A stretch of DNA of 61,924 nt, filler included, from Chiloscyllium plagiosum (lineage: Eukaryota): NCBI RefSeq assembly GCF_004010195.1. It is 3 parts of one record of this genome, joined end to end, with 100 filler letters (N's around TTAATTAATTAA, not from the genome) between each part and the next. Parts side by side here need not be neighbours in the genome. Positions count along the whole stretch, not along the records: positions 1 to 29,421 come from NC_057710.1; positions 29,522 to 49,842 come from NC_057710.1; 1 more part is not named here. One strand, 5' to 3'. Within the stretch, counting starts at the first letter, position 1. Each line of letters starts with the position of its first letter. The notes beneath the pieces were generated by a model that had not been told where the DNA came from, did no database searches, and saw nothing but the letters and a program-made list of their open reading frames with translations. This document shows positions 27,381 to 40,425 of this stretch, in pieces. The translations under genes were made by a program, and so were the position numbers.

Positions 27381-28709
27381 GCACAGGAAGTGGGATCATA
27401 ATCTTTGAACTCAAGAGTAATAGATCTGAAGATTTTCTAAAGGACTAGAATCCACAAATGAACGGTGGAGGAAAAATGATTTTGAAACTCAAGTACAAAA
27501 TTTAGTGAAAGCTAGTGAACAGGTACAAAAGGTTAATAGATTGTTAGTTTGTAACTCCAGACACTAAAGAATGGAAGCTTTATAAGTTTCCCCGTCAAAC
27601 TAAGTAGTCATTCTCAACCACTCCACCAAGCCCCCTCCAACCCTAACCAATTCCCCCTTTGGAGTACTCCATTTAAATCTGGGCACATAACTGAAAACAT
27701 GCCCTGGCATTGGCAAGGGTACAAATCAAAGTTATTATCTGAATCTAACTTATTTATTACTGTAAAAGGTATACAATACTTACTAAAATTATATATTTTT
27801 ATCTAAACATACTGTATCTATCAAATTCACTAGATTTACATCATTTTGCATTTGAGGTGAAGGTCTTTTTTTAGTCCCCTTAAAGGACTAGTTGAGATTA
27901 ATTCACTAGAATTTTTTAAAAAATCTTTGTTCCTTGAATAGGAAGGGTTTGGAGGGATATGGACCGGGTGCTGACTGATGGGACTAGATTGGGTTGGGAT
28001 ATCTGGTCGGCATGGACGGGTTGGACCGAAGGGTCTGTTTCCATGCTGTACATCTCTATGACTCCAGTCAGAAAAATAAAATCTAACCTTGACATTTACG
28101 ATACAAACGATGTTTTTGGAATGGTTTGTTGGGGCACTCTGCGACTCAGACCAACACAAGGGATTCCACTTTCGTACAAAATGTGGAAACAGTTCTCAGT
28201 GCGGAACCACAACCGGGAGCTTTGCAACTGTTGAAATGACTGCTCCCCCTGCTCAGAATTTTTTTAAAAAAAGGACGGGGGTGGGGGGGTTAACGCCACG
28301 TTTTGCAAAGAGTACCAAAAGCCCCGCTTGGAGGCAGGTGCTGCCAAAATTTCTCGGTGGGAGAATCCGAGACCCGTGGAAGTCGAGACTTCCGCGAAAC
28401 AGAGAAATGCCTCTTTCTTTTCAACCTTAACAAAGCAGGCGGAAAGGAGGTGAAGCATGTGGCTGCCAGTCACCAGTGGGGGATCTAGAAAACCTCAGAA
28501 GAGCAAAGTCACTCCCTGGCACCGGCTCGAGTGCTGCTGCTGCGGATTTTGAAGAGACAAAACGTTTTTGTTGGATTTGGAAATAAACTGAGGGGGTAAA
28601 TCTCAGGGAGTCCCTTTTTTTCCCTTAAAACACCTTTTACAACGGGGTCACACTCCACCCTCCCTCATATATATATATATATATATGTTTAAAAATAAAA
28701 ATTACTCAC

Positions 28710-28779
28710 TCGGCCTTGGAAAGTTTGCTCAGCACGATGTTGGAAACAGTATTGAGGAATTTCAGCTGCCTCTGCACAT
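28710..28779 (-). CDS. DDX60: DDX60 coding exon 2
   Basis: Acceptor ttcttggggcag, donor GA|gtgagt; 70 nt, phase 1 to 2; (D)VQRQLKFLNTVSNIVLSKLSKAE resembles the human DDX60 N-terminus ending ...ILNEMPKAE. Confidence 0.88.
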
Positions 28780-28881
28780 CTGCCCCAAGAAATTAAACAC
28801 AAGAATTAAAACACACGCCGTGACATGAGCCGGTATTCCTCAGACTCTCACCCTCACGGCTCGGCACCGCCCGGCTCTTAC

Positions 28882-29131
28882 CAGCTGGCAGCTCGCTATC
28901 CGCCCCAGGCCCAGGCCCAGGCCCAGGCCCAGAGCCGGCCTCCGCCGCGGCCTCCTCCAGCTCGGAGCCCAGCTCCTCCTCCCCGGACAGATCCGACAAG
29001 GCCTCCTCCTCCTCCGCCTCCTCCTCGACATCCTCATCGCCCAGCTCATCCGAGCCGCCCACGCTCTCCGCCTCAGAGTCGCTGCTGAAGCCGCTGCTGC
29101 CCTCGATCAGGTCGGCATCTCCGGAATCCAT
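28882..29131 (-). CDS. DDX60: DDX60 coding exon 1 (acidic/GP-repeat N-terminal extension)
   Basis: ATG in strong Kozak context (gggccATGg) inside a CpG island; encodes MDSGDADLIEGSS...GPGPGPGPGADSELPA; donor G|GTAAG, 250 nt, phase 1, matching exon 2 across a 102-nt intron. Confidence 0.8.
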
Positions 29132-29295
29132 GGCCCACAGTCAGCCTCACGATCTCGGTCTGCGTGTGCGTGTGTGGAGGTGGGGGGAAGGGGAGAGTCG
29201 GTGTCTGCGCCTGCGCTCTCCCGGAGGCCCCGCCCCTCACCGCCAGCCGGTTCCGAATACGCCTGCGCGGGGACCACTGCGTCACTGACATGCAC
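29132..29295 (-). promoter_or_regulatory. CpG-island promoter/5' UTR of DDX60
   Basis: GC/CpG-rich; GC box ggccccgcccc 29226-29236; NRF1-like TGCGCCTGCGC 29206-29216; CRE half-site TGCGTCA 29278-29284; no obvious TATA box. Confidence 0.7.
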
Positions 29296-29304
29296 CCTCC
29301 TGCA

Positions 29305-29421
29305 CTGTCATTCCATCATCCACCTCCACTCTCCCTCCATCATCCCCTTACACTCTCCATCACCACTCTCCCTCCATCATCCCCTTACACTCTCCATCAC
29401 CACACTCACTCCATCACCCCC
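29305..29421. repeat. C/A/T-rich minisatellite running into assembly gap
   Basis: Repeated ccactctccctccatcatccccttacactctccatca units. Confidence 0.85.
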
Positions 29422-29521
29422 NNNNNNNNNNNNNNNNNNNNNNNNNNNNNNNNNNNNNNNNNNNNTTAATTAATTAANNNNNNNNNNNNNNNNNNNNNNN
29501 NNNNNNNNNNNNNNNNNNNNN
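29422..29521. other. Assembly gap with artificial spacer
   Basis: N45-TTAATTAATTAA-N44; same construct at 49843-49942. Confidence 0.95.
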
Positions 29522-29917
29522 TTGTATCTGTTCCTTGAAAAAGTTCCACATTTCCACGACATCCTTCCCCGACAGCCTATGCTCCCAACTTATGCTCCTC
29601 AGATCCTGTCTTACAGCATCGTATTTACCCTTCCCCCAACTGTAAAACCTAATCGGTTGCATGCACCTAACTCTCTCCATAACCAAGGTGAAAGTCACAG
29701 AATTGTGTTCACCATCACCAAAATGTTCACCCACTAACAAGCCCATCACTTGTCCCGGTTCAACCTTCCACTTTTTACAAACTATTACACCTTATCAGTC
29801 AATTCTATTCATTTATATCCTCTTCATAAAGTAATTAAATCTAAATTGCACCACTAGAGTATATGAGTCTGCGAGGGTTAATGCTGAGGAAGCACTATAC
29901 ATGATGATGATGATGAT

Positions 29918-30109
29918 GTGGAGGTGCCGGTGTTGGACTGGATGGTAAAAGTTAGAAGTCACACAACACCAGGTTATAGTCCAAAGATTTATTTGGAAGC
30001 ACTATCTTTTGGAGTACTGCTCCTGCTGATGAAGGAGCATCACTCTGAAAGCTAGTGCTTCCAAATAAACCTGTTGGACTAGAACCCTAGTGTTGTGTGA
30101 TTTTTTAAC
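29918..30109. mobile_element. Fold-back PLE terminal-repeat fragment (second family) with hammerhead-like core
   Basis: Imperfect inverted arms (cacacaacacc...ttggaagcacta / tagtgcttccaa...gtgttgtgtg) around CTGATGA-aggagcatcactct-GAAAGCTA. Confidence 0.7.
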
Positions 30110-30837
30110 AGAATTTATAGGCAGAGAGATTAAGGGCAGAGAAATCAAAGGCAGAGAGATCAAAAGATTATCCAAATGGTGTGAGTGGAGTGTCGAATAA
30201 TAAGTCTCTGCAGATGATCAAAATTGTTGGACGGTGTGAGTAAAGTGTCAACAGCTGAATAACAAGTGAAGGGATGATGGTGATGTCACACAGAATGTGT
30301 GGGTTGATAGCAAAGGGTTTCAAAGGGTAAAACCAACTATCCTGATCCTCCTCACAATCTCTCTAACAAGCTCTATTTTATTAGCGTGATTTGAACCTAG
30401 TTGCTTGCATGCAATAGGCATCATCTGACTTAAAACTATCAATACTGCATTGCGATAACATACTCAGTCAATCAGACCATTTAGATTCTTACCCTGTAGA
30501 GGGCAGTAACAGCAAACCTAGCCTGTGGTGAACAATAGTGCATAGAGACTGATAAATATTGGCAGTCGGCTTGAGGATCACCCATACACCTTCCTTCGTC
30601 TGATATACGTACAGAAGGAGCTGGAAAATCTCAGTAAATCTGGTAGCAAGTGTGCAGAGAAAAGCAGCTTTAACCTTTCATGTCCAATATGACTCCACTT
30701 TGAAGAAGAGTAATATTGCACTCAAAATATTAACTCGGCTTGTCTCTCCACATATGCTTCTTCTGTTTTTATTTCATATTATCAGCATCAATATACTTCA
30801 CTTTTATGTCTTCCTCTGATCTTGTGATCATGTGTAA

Positions 30838-32370
30838 AAATAGATAAATCTCCTGGACCGGATGGGATTTATCCTAGGATTCTCTTGGAAGCCAGGGAGG
30901 AGATTGCAGAGCCTTTAGATTTGATCCTTATGTCATCATTGTCTAAAGGAATAGTTCCAGAAGACTGGAGGATAGCAAATGTTGCTCCTTTATTCAGGAA
31001 GTGGAGTAGAGACAACTCTGGTAATTATAGACCAGTGAGCCTTACTTCAGTTGTGGGTAATTTGTTGGAAAAGTTTTTGAGAGATAGGATTTATAATCAT
31101 CCAGAAAGGAATAAATTGATTAGGGATAATCAATACGGTTTTGTGAAGGGTAGGTCGTGCCTCGCAAACTTTACTGAGTTCTTTAAAAAGGTGACCAAAC
31201 AGGTGGATGAGGATAAAGTGGTTGATGTGGTGTATATGGATTTCAGTAAGGTGTTTGATAAGGTTCTCCACGGTAAGCTGTGTTACAAAATACAGAGGCA
31301 TGGGATTGAGGGATGATTTAGCGGTTTGGATCAGAAATTGACTAGCTGAAAGAAGACAGAGGGTGGTGATTGATCGGAAATATTCATCCTGGAATTCAAT
31401 TACTAGTGGGGTACCACATGGATCTGTTTTGGGTCCACTGCTGTTTGTCACTTTCATATATGACCTGGATTAGGACGCAGAAAGACGTGTTAGTAAATTT
31501 GCAGATGACACTAAGGTCGGTAGAGTTGTGGATAGTGCAGAAGGATGTGGTAGGTTACAGAAAGACATAGATAAGCTGCAGAGCTGGGCTGAGAGGTGGC
31601 AAATACAGTTTAATACAGAAAACTGTGAGATGATTCATCTTGGAAGGAGCAACAGGAATGTGGAGTGCTGAGCTAAGGGTAAGATTCTTGGCCGTGTAGA
31701 TGAGCAGAGACATCTCGGTGTCCATGTGCATAGATCCCTGAAAGTTGCCACCCAGGTTGGTAGGGTTGTTAAGAAGGCATATCGTGTGATGGCTTTTACT
31801 AGTAGTGGGATTGAGTTTTGGAAGCATGAGGTCATGCTGCAGCTGTACAAATATCTGGTACAGTCGCACTTGGAGTATTGCATACAGTTCTGGTCATCGC
31901 ATTATAGGCAGGCTGTGGAAGCTTTGGAAAGGGTTCAGGGGAGATTTACCAGGATGTTGCATGGTATGAATGGAAGGTCTTACAAAGAAAGGTTGAGGGA
32001 CTTGAGGCTGTTTTCATTGGAGAAGAAGGTTGAGAGTTAAGTTAATTGAGACATATAATATAATCAGAGGGTAAGATAGGGTGGACAGTGAGAGCCTTTT
32101 TCCTCGGATGGTGATGGCTCGCACCAAGCTTTAAATTGAGGGGTGATAGATATAGGACAGATGTCAGAGTTAGTTTCTTTACTCAGAGAGTAGTAGGGAC
32201 GTGGAACGCTCTGCCTGCAACAGTAGTAGACTTCCAATTTTAAGAGTTTTTAAATGGTCATTGGATAGGCATATGGACGAGAATGGAATAGCGTAGGATA
32301 GATGGGCTTCAGATTGGTTTCACAGGTCAGCGCAGCATCAAAGGCCCATACTATGTTGTAATGTTCTATG
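30838..32370 (+). mobile_element. CR1 LINE RT and 3' end (different subfamily)
   Basis: GNYRPVSLTSVVG, YMDFSK.FDKV, FADDTK, LERVQGRFTRML. Confidence 0.93.
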
Positions 32371-34149
32371 GATGTGCTCCAGATCCAGAATTTGTAGCAA
32401 TCTTAAACATTTTATTGGATTTGATTTATTTATTCTCTTTGGTACTGGAATAATTCTCTTCAGTCCTTCCCTTTTCCCGTCCCTCCTCACCTTTTCTTAA
32501 TTTCTCAAATGATTAAAGTAGACGTCAGTTTGGTCACTGATTTCTGAACTGTCTCCACTGTCTGGATATTCTTGATGGAGGGTGGAGACCAGCATTCTAC
32601 ATAATATTCCATGAACTGCTTTGGATAAATTCATTACTATTTCTTTAGACTTATGGTCTATCTCTTGTTTTATATCCTTGGATCTTAGTTTTCAAATCAT
32701 GAGGAGTATAGACAGGGTGGACAGAGAGAAAGCAATCTCCCTTGTAAGTGGGTTGAGAACGAGGGGACAAGGTTTTTAAAGTGGTTTGCAAAAGCAGCAA
32801 ATGCAAGGTGAGGCATAAACATTTTCACATGATGAAGTTGTTAGAGTACATTTTACATTGTCTAAATATTAGGTGGATGCAGATTCAGCTGAGACATTCA
32901 AGAGGGCATTGGATGATTAGTTAAATGATCACAGTGCCAGTGTAAATATGATGGGCCAAATGATGTCCTTCTGCATTGTAACGATTCTGTAATTCTGTGA
33001 TCCAACTGTGCGATTGCTTTCAGTAGTCCATCACAGGCCTTGATAGTTCTATGGCCTAATACCATTTAGTTTATATTTCCACATTTCTCACTGAATTTTA
33101 ATCACAGTAAATATTATTTTCCACTCATCAGCTTGCCTTTCCAACTTATGCAGATCCTTACAGATTCAATTTGCCTGTTTTCTGTTTTCTTTAATCCTAT
33201 CTTTTCAAATATGTTATCCCTTGCGTAGAAACTAATGGCTGAATTTAGATGTCATGGCAGTGTCCCACCAATGTGTCCAAAAGTGGAAGGCAACTCCACT
33301 TCAGTGCTCTGCACCATCGAAGGATGCAACTGAACAGTGGCAGTCAATTCATTGACTGCTTCCAGCTATGGTTCCTTCAGGTGATGGAAATGCCAGGCAA
33401 TATTTGCTGGAAAAATTATATAGAAGGAATGATGGAGTTGTAGATAGATTATGATAGACAAGGAAACCATTCAGTATATTAACTCCCTGATGGCTCTCTG
33501 CAAGAGAAGTTAAGCTCATCCCACTCACTTGCTCAGTGCCTGTGCCTCTGCTTTTATTTCTTCTCTTTAGGTACTTATGCAATTTCCAATTTAAACGTCA
33601 TGATCTAAGATGTTGCATTCCAGGTCCTAACTTTAGTTTTGTGCAAAGGATTTTCTCATGCCACTGATGATTCATTGGTGCAGCTCTTAAACCACTGCCC
33701 TCTGCTTCCTAGTTACCTCCAACTAATGGAACAGTTTCTTTCTACCCACCATGTCTGGACCCATAGAATCATACATTATAGAGGATGCCTTTCCTCCCAT
33801 CAAGCCTCTACACTAGTGCTACTTTCCCAAAAATTAAACATAGCTTTCAATTTTATCACTCCTCACAATCTCATCTCCATTTTCACTTCTTGAGAAAATT
33901 GATTATTTTTGAGTGACTCCACACCATCTGCATTGTCTAGAAATGACCCATCTCCTGTTTGAAGTTGCACAGCTATTTATGAAAAGTATTTTTCATGGTG
34001 TCATACAATCTTGGATTCTATCAATTTTCCAACTGTCATGATATCTCAGAACCAAGTTTAAAGCAGTCACACATTTATCAAATAAAACATTTGTATAGTG
34101 ATGATGAATCAAAACCCCAAATAATTTAAAAACATTAGTTTAAAAAACT

Positions 34150-34997
34150 GTCTCTCCTATTGCAACAGAAAGCCAACTCTTGCAGCCATACCTGTTTTCC
34201 CCATCATGAATATACATGAGAGGGAGTTAAAAAGCCAGTCTCAATTCTACTGGAGTGGATAGTGGGACTGGACACTCTTGTGTATACTATTCTGGCTTTG
34301 AACATCAGTGTGTTTTGAGGTCATTGTGGAGGAACTATCTCCAACCTACTGCTGGCTGATGGTAGAGGAAAATCCTCTTTCATTCCAAGTTCTGAAAATC
34401 AGTTGAAAAAAGAAATCAAGACACAGGAACTTCAGTCAGCAAACAAAGTCAAGAATCTCAAAACTACCAACATTAATACTATTAGTAACCTTTATAGAAA
34501 TGGCTGCAATGTTCAACTCCATTCCTGATGAAGGGCTCTGGCCCGAAATGTCGATTTTCCTGCTCCTTGGATGCTACCTAACCTGCTGTGCTTTTCCACA
34601 ACACACTCTCAACTGCAATGTCCAACTACCTGGTCTTTGCAAACAATTAACTGTTTTCCTTAACATTTATCGATTTGGATTCACCTTTTATTTCTAATGT
34701 TTGTTTGTGTTGTATCACTAATTCTTCTCATGTTTAGTAATTAATAAACTCACTTTTTTGCTATGGCAGGAATAACTGCTTAAATTAATTCATTTCAAAA
34801 TGTGTTGGTGTAGGCTTGGAGGGCCAAAGGGCCTGTTCCTGCTGTATTGTTCTTTGTTCCAGAATACAAGTTTAAATCTGGGAGAAAGATATCCACAAGG
34901 TAAGGAATCCTTTTCAAATTAAATTAATTAGGACCAACCGAGGGGGTGAGCAAATAAAGAAGAGCCCATTCATCCCTCTTCACCCCAGAGCTTAACA
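34150..34997 (+). mobile_element. Possible old solo LTR with nested small insertions
   Basis: AATAAA near 34743 and a ...cttaaca end; boundaries and TSD not established; PLE terminal fragment nested at about 34520-34595. Confidence 0.3.
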
Positions 34998-36931
34998 GTT
35001 CAATGTTACCCGTCCATTACTATAATGAATTGGAGAACATCACTTTGGGCTTGGCTGTACCATCTATGATCTTGATTGTTCAACTATGAATCAGACAATG
35101 ATTGATCATTATAAAGTTTCCTGAAAGGACTGTGTAACATAATATATTACCATTCCCAAATTGAATAATCGAGCATAAATTCCAATCTTTTTTTGGCTAC
35201 TTCCAGAAGATCAGATAATTTTGTGTGTTTCCAATGAAACATACCCTCCTCACCCAGTATTCTAATGGGAGATGGAGTACAGTCTATTGCCAGCAGCAGA
35301 CATATTGCCTTGGGTGACAGCAAGGTCCTGTAGTTATCCTTCTGTGGGTGCAAACCTCGGCAGTCATTATTTGCTACTCATCCTTCTTATCCAACATTCC
35401 CAGACAACTAACACTCAACGTTTAATATTTAATATGTAATGTGCTGAAACCACTCATTAGATCCATTGTAGACTTCAAACAATTGCCTACGCTGCTAAAA
35501 CGCTACGTTATACTGAAACATTACTAACATGGAGCTCAGAACAGCTCGAGTGATTTTGCAGGTGCAACTTGCAAAACATGCAAGTGCTAAATTATCACTT
35601 ATTTAGTGTCAACACATTAAATTACTTGAGAATTAAAATTCTAAAGTGCAAGCTTATGTGTTCAGTTCAACTCACCCTGCTGCAATAATAAACACAAAAC
35701 TGACCGTCATTGTGACAAGGTGGCTACTGAGAAAGTTCACTGCTAACTCCTACCCCTCAAACTTGAGATGCTTGTCTCCTAAAATCCAGTACTAGATCAG
35801 CAAATATTTCCTCCATTATCTTGTCTCTGTCACTGACTCCGTTTTCTAGCTGCTGACTCCATTCTTCTTCTGGTTCACTGTCAAGAGACTGAACCTCTTT
35901 GCGATACTAGTATCATATTTAACCCTGAGTTTTGAGTCTAACATCCTCTCCAATGACCAAGGCCACTAACACTCAGCTCCACAATATCACAGGAATCTGC
36001 ATATGCTTCAGTGCATCTGTTGATAAAACATGTGTCCTTTTTTTTCACCTCCATGCTCAACAATTCCTATCTTTCCTGGCCAGTCTCCCATTTTCTATTG
36101 TAAATCTAGTTTTACTTATCAAACAGTGTAAATGGTACAGAAGGGGCAGTGGCACAACCACATAGTGCATTCTATTCATTGAATTGTTTCTTATTGTCTC
36201 TGAGCAAATGTCATGTAATTCATAATGAATTATATTTTTGAATCAGGAACAAATAAACTGTTTAACAATTTTGATATGTACATCTTCTTAGCTTTTAACA
36301 TGATTGACTAGAAAAATACATATACCAACAAAGAGGATTCTGGGTAAGAAAGAGGATTCTGGGGATTCCAAAATGGGAGAATAGGAAGAATTTATGGCTG
36401 GAAGAGCTGTTTCTTTTTTGAGGTATTTTAGGTATTGGAGGTGATTTCTTAATTCTAGGAGCAGTAATTACTGTTTTATAAGCTGTTGCACTGTTTTGGA
36501 ACTTTGGGGAAAGAAGATTTTAAAAAAGCACTTTAAAAAGGAGGAAGAGAACAAAGGCTGAAACCACATGGTCAGAGAGAGAAAAAGAAATCTACACTGC
36601 TGTCTGATAGAGCAGTGAATCTGCACAGCTACTGCCTTTGCTATTTAAGTTCAAGTATTTCTGGACATTGGAGTGCATCTAAGAAAAATGAACAAAAGAG
36701 AAAAAGAAATCTACACTGCTGTCTGATAGAGCAGTGAATCTGCACAGCTACTGCCTTTGCTATTTAAGTTCAAGTATGTTCAAGATGCACATTGGAGTGC
36801 ATCTAAGAAAAATGAACAAACAGCGAAATTCACAGCTGACCTTGGAGGAACCTGTGTGGGAGAGCTCAGCAGAGGAACAGGTAAGTGCATGCTTTTTAAG
36901 TGTGACCTTGTTGTCTTTTTTTAAATAGTGA

Positions 36932-37240
36932 GTAGATTAGATTAGATTACTTACAGTGTGGAAACAGGCCCTTCAGCCCAACAAGTCCACACTGCCCCGC
37001 CGAAGCGCAACCCACCCATACCCCTACATCTACCCCTTACCTAACACTACGGGCAATTTAGCATGGCCAATTCACCTAACCTGCACATCTTTGGACTGTG
37101 GGAGGAAACAGGAGCACCCGGAGGAAACCCACGCAGACACGGGGAGAATGTGCAAACTCCACACAGTCAGTCGCCTGAGGTGGGAATTGAACCCGGGTCT
37201 CTGGCGCTGTGAAGCAGCAGTGCTAACCACAGTGCCACCC
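36932..37240 (-). mobile_element. HE1-type SINE, full length
   Basis: tRNA-like head (ggtggcactgtggttagcac; gggttcaattccc), V-domain, LINE-derived tail, (TCTAA)n. Confidence 0.92.
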
Positions 37241-40200
37241 ACAAGTAGAGTGGGCTCTTTTTGGCTATATCTTTCATCGAGGTCTGTCTCTTGATTAAAA
37301 TTTAAAAGCATAAACATAGATACTAAGTTAACCTGGAGCAGTGTTTTTAGAGCAGTAAGACTGTGCTGTTTTCTGTAGATTGTTACAGTACAAAAATGGC
37401 CTTTTGTAGAGTGATTTGCTCTTCCTGTTGTTTGTTGGCGCTGAGGAAAGATTTTCATGTTACTAATGATCATGTCTGCAGAAAGTGTGTTTGGTTACGA
37501 ATGCTATCAGATTGCATTGATCGGATGGAGCAGCAGTTAGGAATTTAAAGGAGCTGGGGGTGTGATGGATGGTAGTTATAGAAAGGGACAAAAATTGCAG
37601 ATACAGTTAGGTAGATGGGTTACTGCCAGGAAATGTAGGAGAGGGAGGCAGGTAGTGCAGGAGTTTCCTGTGGCTATCTCCATCTGAAAGAAGTATGCTC
37701 ATTTGGAAAACGTAGGGACTCTCAGGAAATGTAGCATGAACAGTCAGGTTTCTGGTACCAAGACTGGCTCTAATGTAACGAAGAGTATGTCAGGTGCCAA
37801 ATGATCGATTGTGATCAGGGACACTCTAGCCAGAGGCACAGACAGGCATTTCTGTGGCCAAAAGTGAAAAATCAGAACGATGTGTTGTCTGGATCAAGGA
37901 TATTTTGGAGAGAGTGCAGAATATTCTCAAAAGGGAGTGGGACCCTCAGGAGGTCAATGTACACATTGGAACTAACAATTTAAGAAGTGAAAGGGAAGAG
38001 ATTTTAAAGGCAAATATAGGAATTTAGGCAGGAATTTAAAAAGGAGGTCATCGAGGGTAGTAATATCTGGAGTATTCCTGGTGTTACATGCTAGTGAGTG
38101 TAGGAACATGAGGATAGAGCAAGTGAATGCATGGCTGAGGAGCTGGAGCAGGGGAGAAGGATTCACATTTTTGGATCAATGGAATCTCTTCTGGACTAGA
38201 AATGATCTGTTTAAGAACGACAGGTTGCACCTGAATTGGAAGGAGACTAGCATACTGACAGGGAGATTTGCTAGAGTTGCTTGGGAGGATTTAAACTAGT
38301 ACAGTGGGGTTGGTGGGATCTGAGGGATAGTGAGGAAATAGATCAGTCTGAGACTGGTACAGTTGGGAAAAGGAGCAAGTCAAACAGTCAGGGCAGGTGC
38401 GGGAACAAAGCAGAGAATTAAGTAAATTAAACTGCATTTATTTTAATGCAAGAGATGTAATAGGGAAGGCAGATGAACTCAGGGCATGGTTAGGAACATG
38501 GGACTGCAATATCATAGCAATTACAGAGTAATGGCTCAGGGAGAGACAAGACTGGCAGCTTAATGTTCCAGGAAACAAATGCTAGAGGAAGGATACAAAG
38601 GGGGGGCAAGAGAGGAGGGGGAGTGGCATTTTTGATAGGCGTACTTAGGGAGGATATTCCTGGGAATACATGTGAAGTTATTTGTGGGGAACTGAGAAAT
38701 AAGAAAGGGATGATTACCTTATTGCTATTGTATTATAGACCCCCCCCAACAGTCAGCAGGATATTGAGAAACAAATGTGGAAGGAGATCTCGGTTATGTG
38801 AAAGAATAATGATAGGGTGGTAATGGTAGGGGATTTTAACTTTCCAAACATAGACTGGGACTGCCATCGTGTTAACGGTTTAGATGGAGTGGAATATGTT
38901 AAATGTGTACAAGAAAATTTTCTGTTTCAGTATGTGGATGTACCTAGTAGAGAGGGTGTAAAACTTGACCTACTCTTGGGAAATAAGGCAGGGCAGGTGA
39001 CTGAGGTGTCAGTGAGGGAGCACTTTTGGGCCAGTGACAATAATTCAATTTGTTTTTAAATAGTGATGGAAAAGGATAGACCAGATCTAAAAGTTGAAGT
39101 TCTAAATTAGAGGAAGGCCAATTTTGACAGTATTAGGCAAGAAATTGCAAAAGTTGATAGGGAGCAGATGTTCACAGGTAAAGGGACAACTGGAAAATGG
39201 GAAGCCTTCAGAAATGAGATGAGAGTCCAGAGACAATATATTGCTGTTCGGGTGAAAGGCAAGGCTGTTAGGTGTAAGGAATGTTAGATTACTAGAGAAA
39301 TTGAGGTTTTGGTCAAGAAAAAGAATAAACTATGTGTCAGGTATAGACAGCAGGGATTAAGGGAATCCTTAGAGTATAAAGGCAGTAGGAATATACTTAA
39401 GAGGGAAATCAGGAGGGCTAAAAGGGGACATAAGGACAAAAGGGTAACTAGGGAGAGAATGCCCCCCCCCCACCCACCCCAAAGATCAGCAAGGCCATCT
39501 ATGTGTGGAGCGGCAGGAGATGGGAGAGATACTAAACGAGTATTTTGCATCAGTATATACTGTGGAAAAGGACATGGAAGATATAGAATGCAGGGAAATA
39601 GATGGTGACATCTTGAAAAACGTCCATATTACAGAGGAGGAAATGCTGGATGTGTTAAAACACAGCGGTGAATAAATCCCCAGAACCTGATCAGATGTAC
39701 CCTAGAACTCTGTGGGAAGCTAGGGAAGTGATTGCTGGGCCTTTTGCTGAGATATTTGTATCACTGATAGTCACGGGTGAGGTGCATGAAGACTGGAGGC
39801 TGGTTAATGTGGTGCCACTATTTAAAGAAGGTGGTAAGGAAAAGCCGGGGAACTATAGACCAGTGAGCCTGACATTGATATTGGGCAAGTTGTTGGAGGG
39901 AGTCCTGAGGGACAGGATTAACATGAATTTGGAAAGGCAAGGACTTATTAGGGATAGTGAACATGACTTTGTGCATGTTGAATTGTGTCTCACAAACTTG
40001 ATTGAGGTTTTTTGAAGAAATAATGAAGAGGATTGGTGTGGGCAGAGTGGTAGATATGAATCTATCTGGACTTCAGTAAAGCGTTCGATAAGGTTTCCCA
40101 TGGGAGACTGGTTAGCAAGTTTAGATCTCACGGAATACAAAGAGAACTAGCCATTTGAATACAGAACTGGCTCAAAGGTAGAAGACAGAGGGTGGTGGTG

Positions 40201-40425
40201 GAGGGTTGTTTTTCAGACTGGAGCCCTGTGACCAGTGGAGTGCCACAAGGATCGGTGCTGGGTCCTCTATGTTTTGTCATTTACATAAATGATTTGGATG
40301 CGAGCATAAGAGGTACAGTTAGTAAGTTTGCAGATGACACCAAAATTGGAGGTGTAGTGGACAGCGAAGAAGGTTANNNNNNNNNNNNNNNNNNNNNNNN
40401 NNNNNNNNNNNNNNNNNNNNNNNNN

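Noticed and set aside
27810..27885. Candidate small DDX60 exon
   Set aside because: Wrong phase and no homology; 28710-28779 already bridges exons 1 and 3
28825..29088. Plus-strand proline-rich ORF and Arg-rich alternative frames
   Set aside because: Antisense or shifted-frame shadows of the GC-rich DDX60 exon 1
29305..29421. Repeat array as CRISPR-like locus
   Set aside because: Simple minisatellite without unique spacers, in a eukaryote
37165..37240. tRNA-like sequence with A and B boxes (also near 46790-46858)
   Set aside because: Heads of HE1-type SINEs, not tRNA genes
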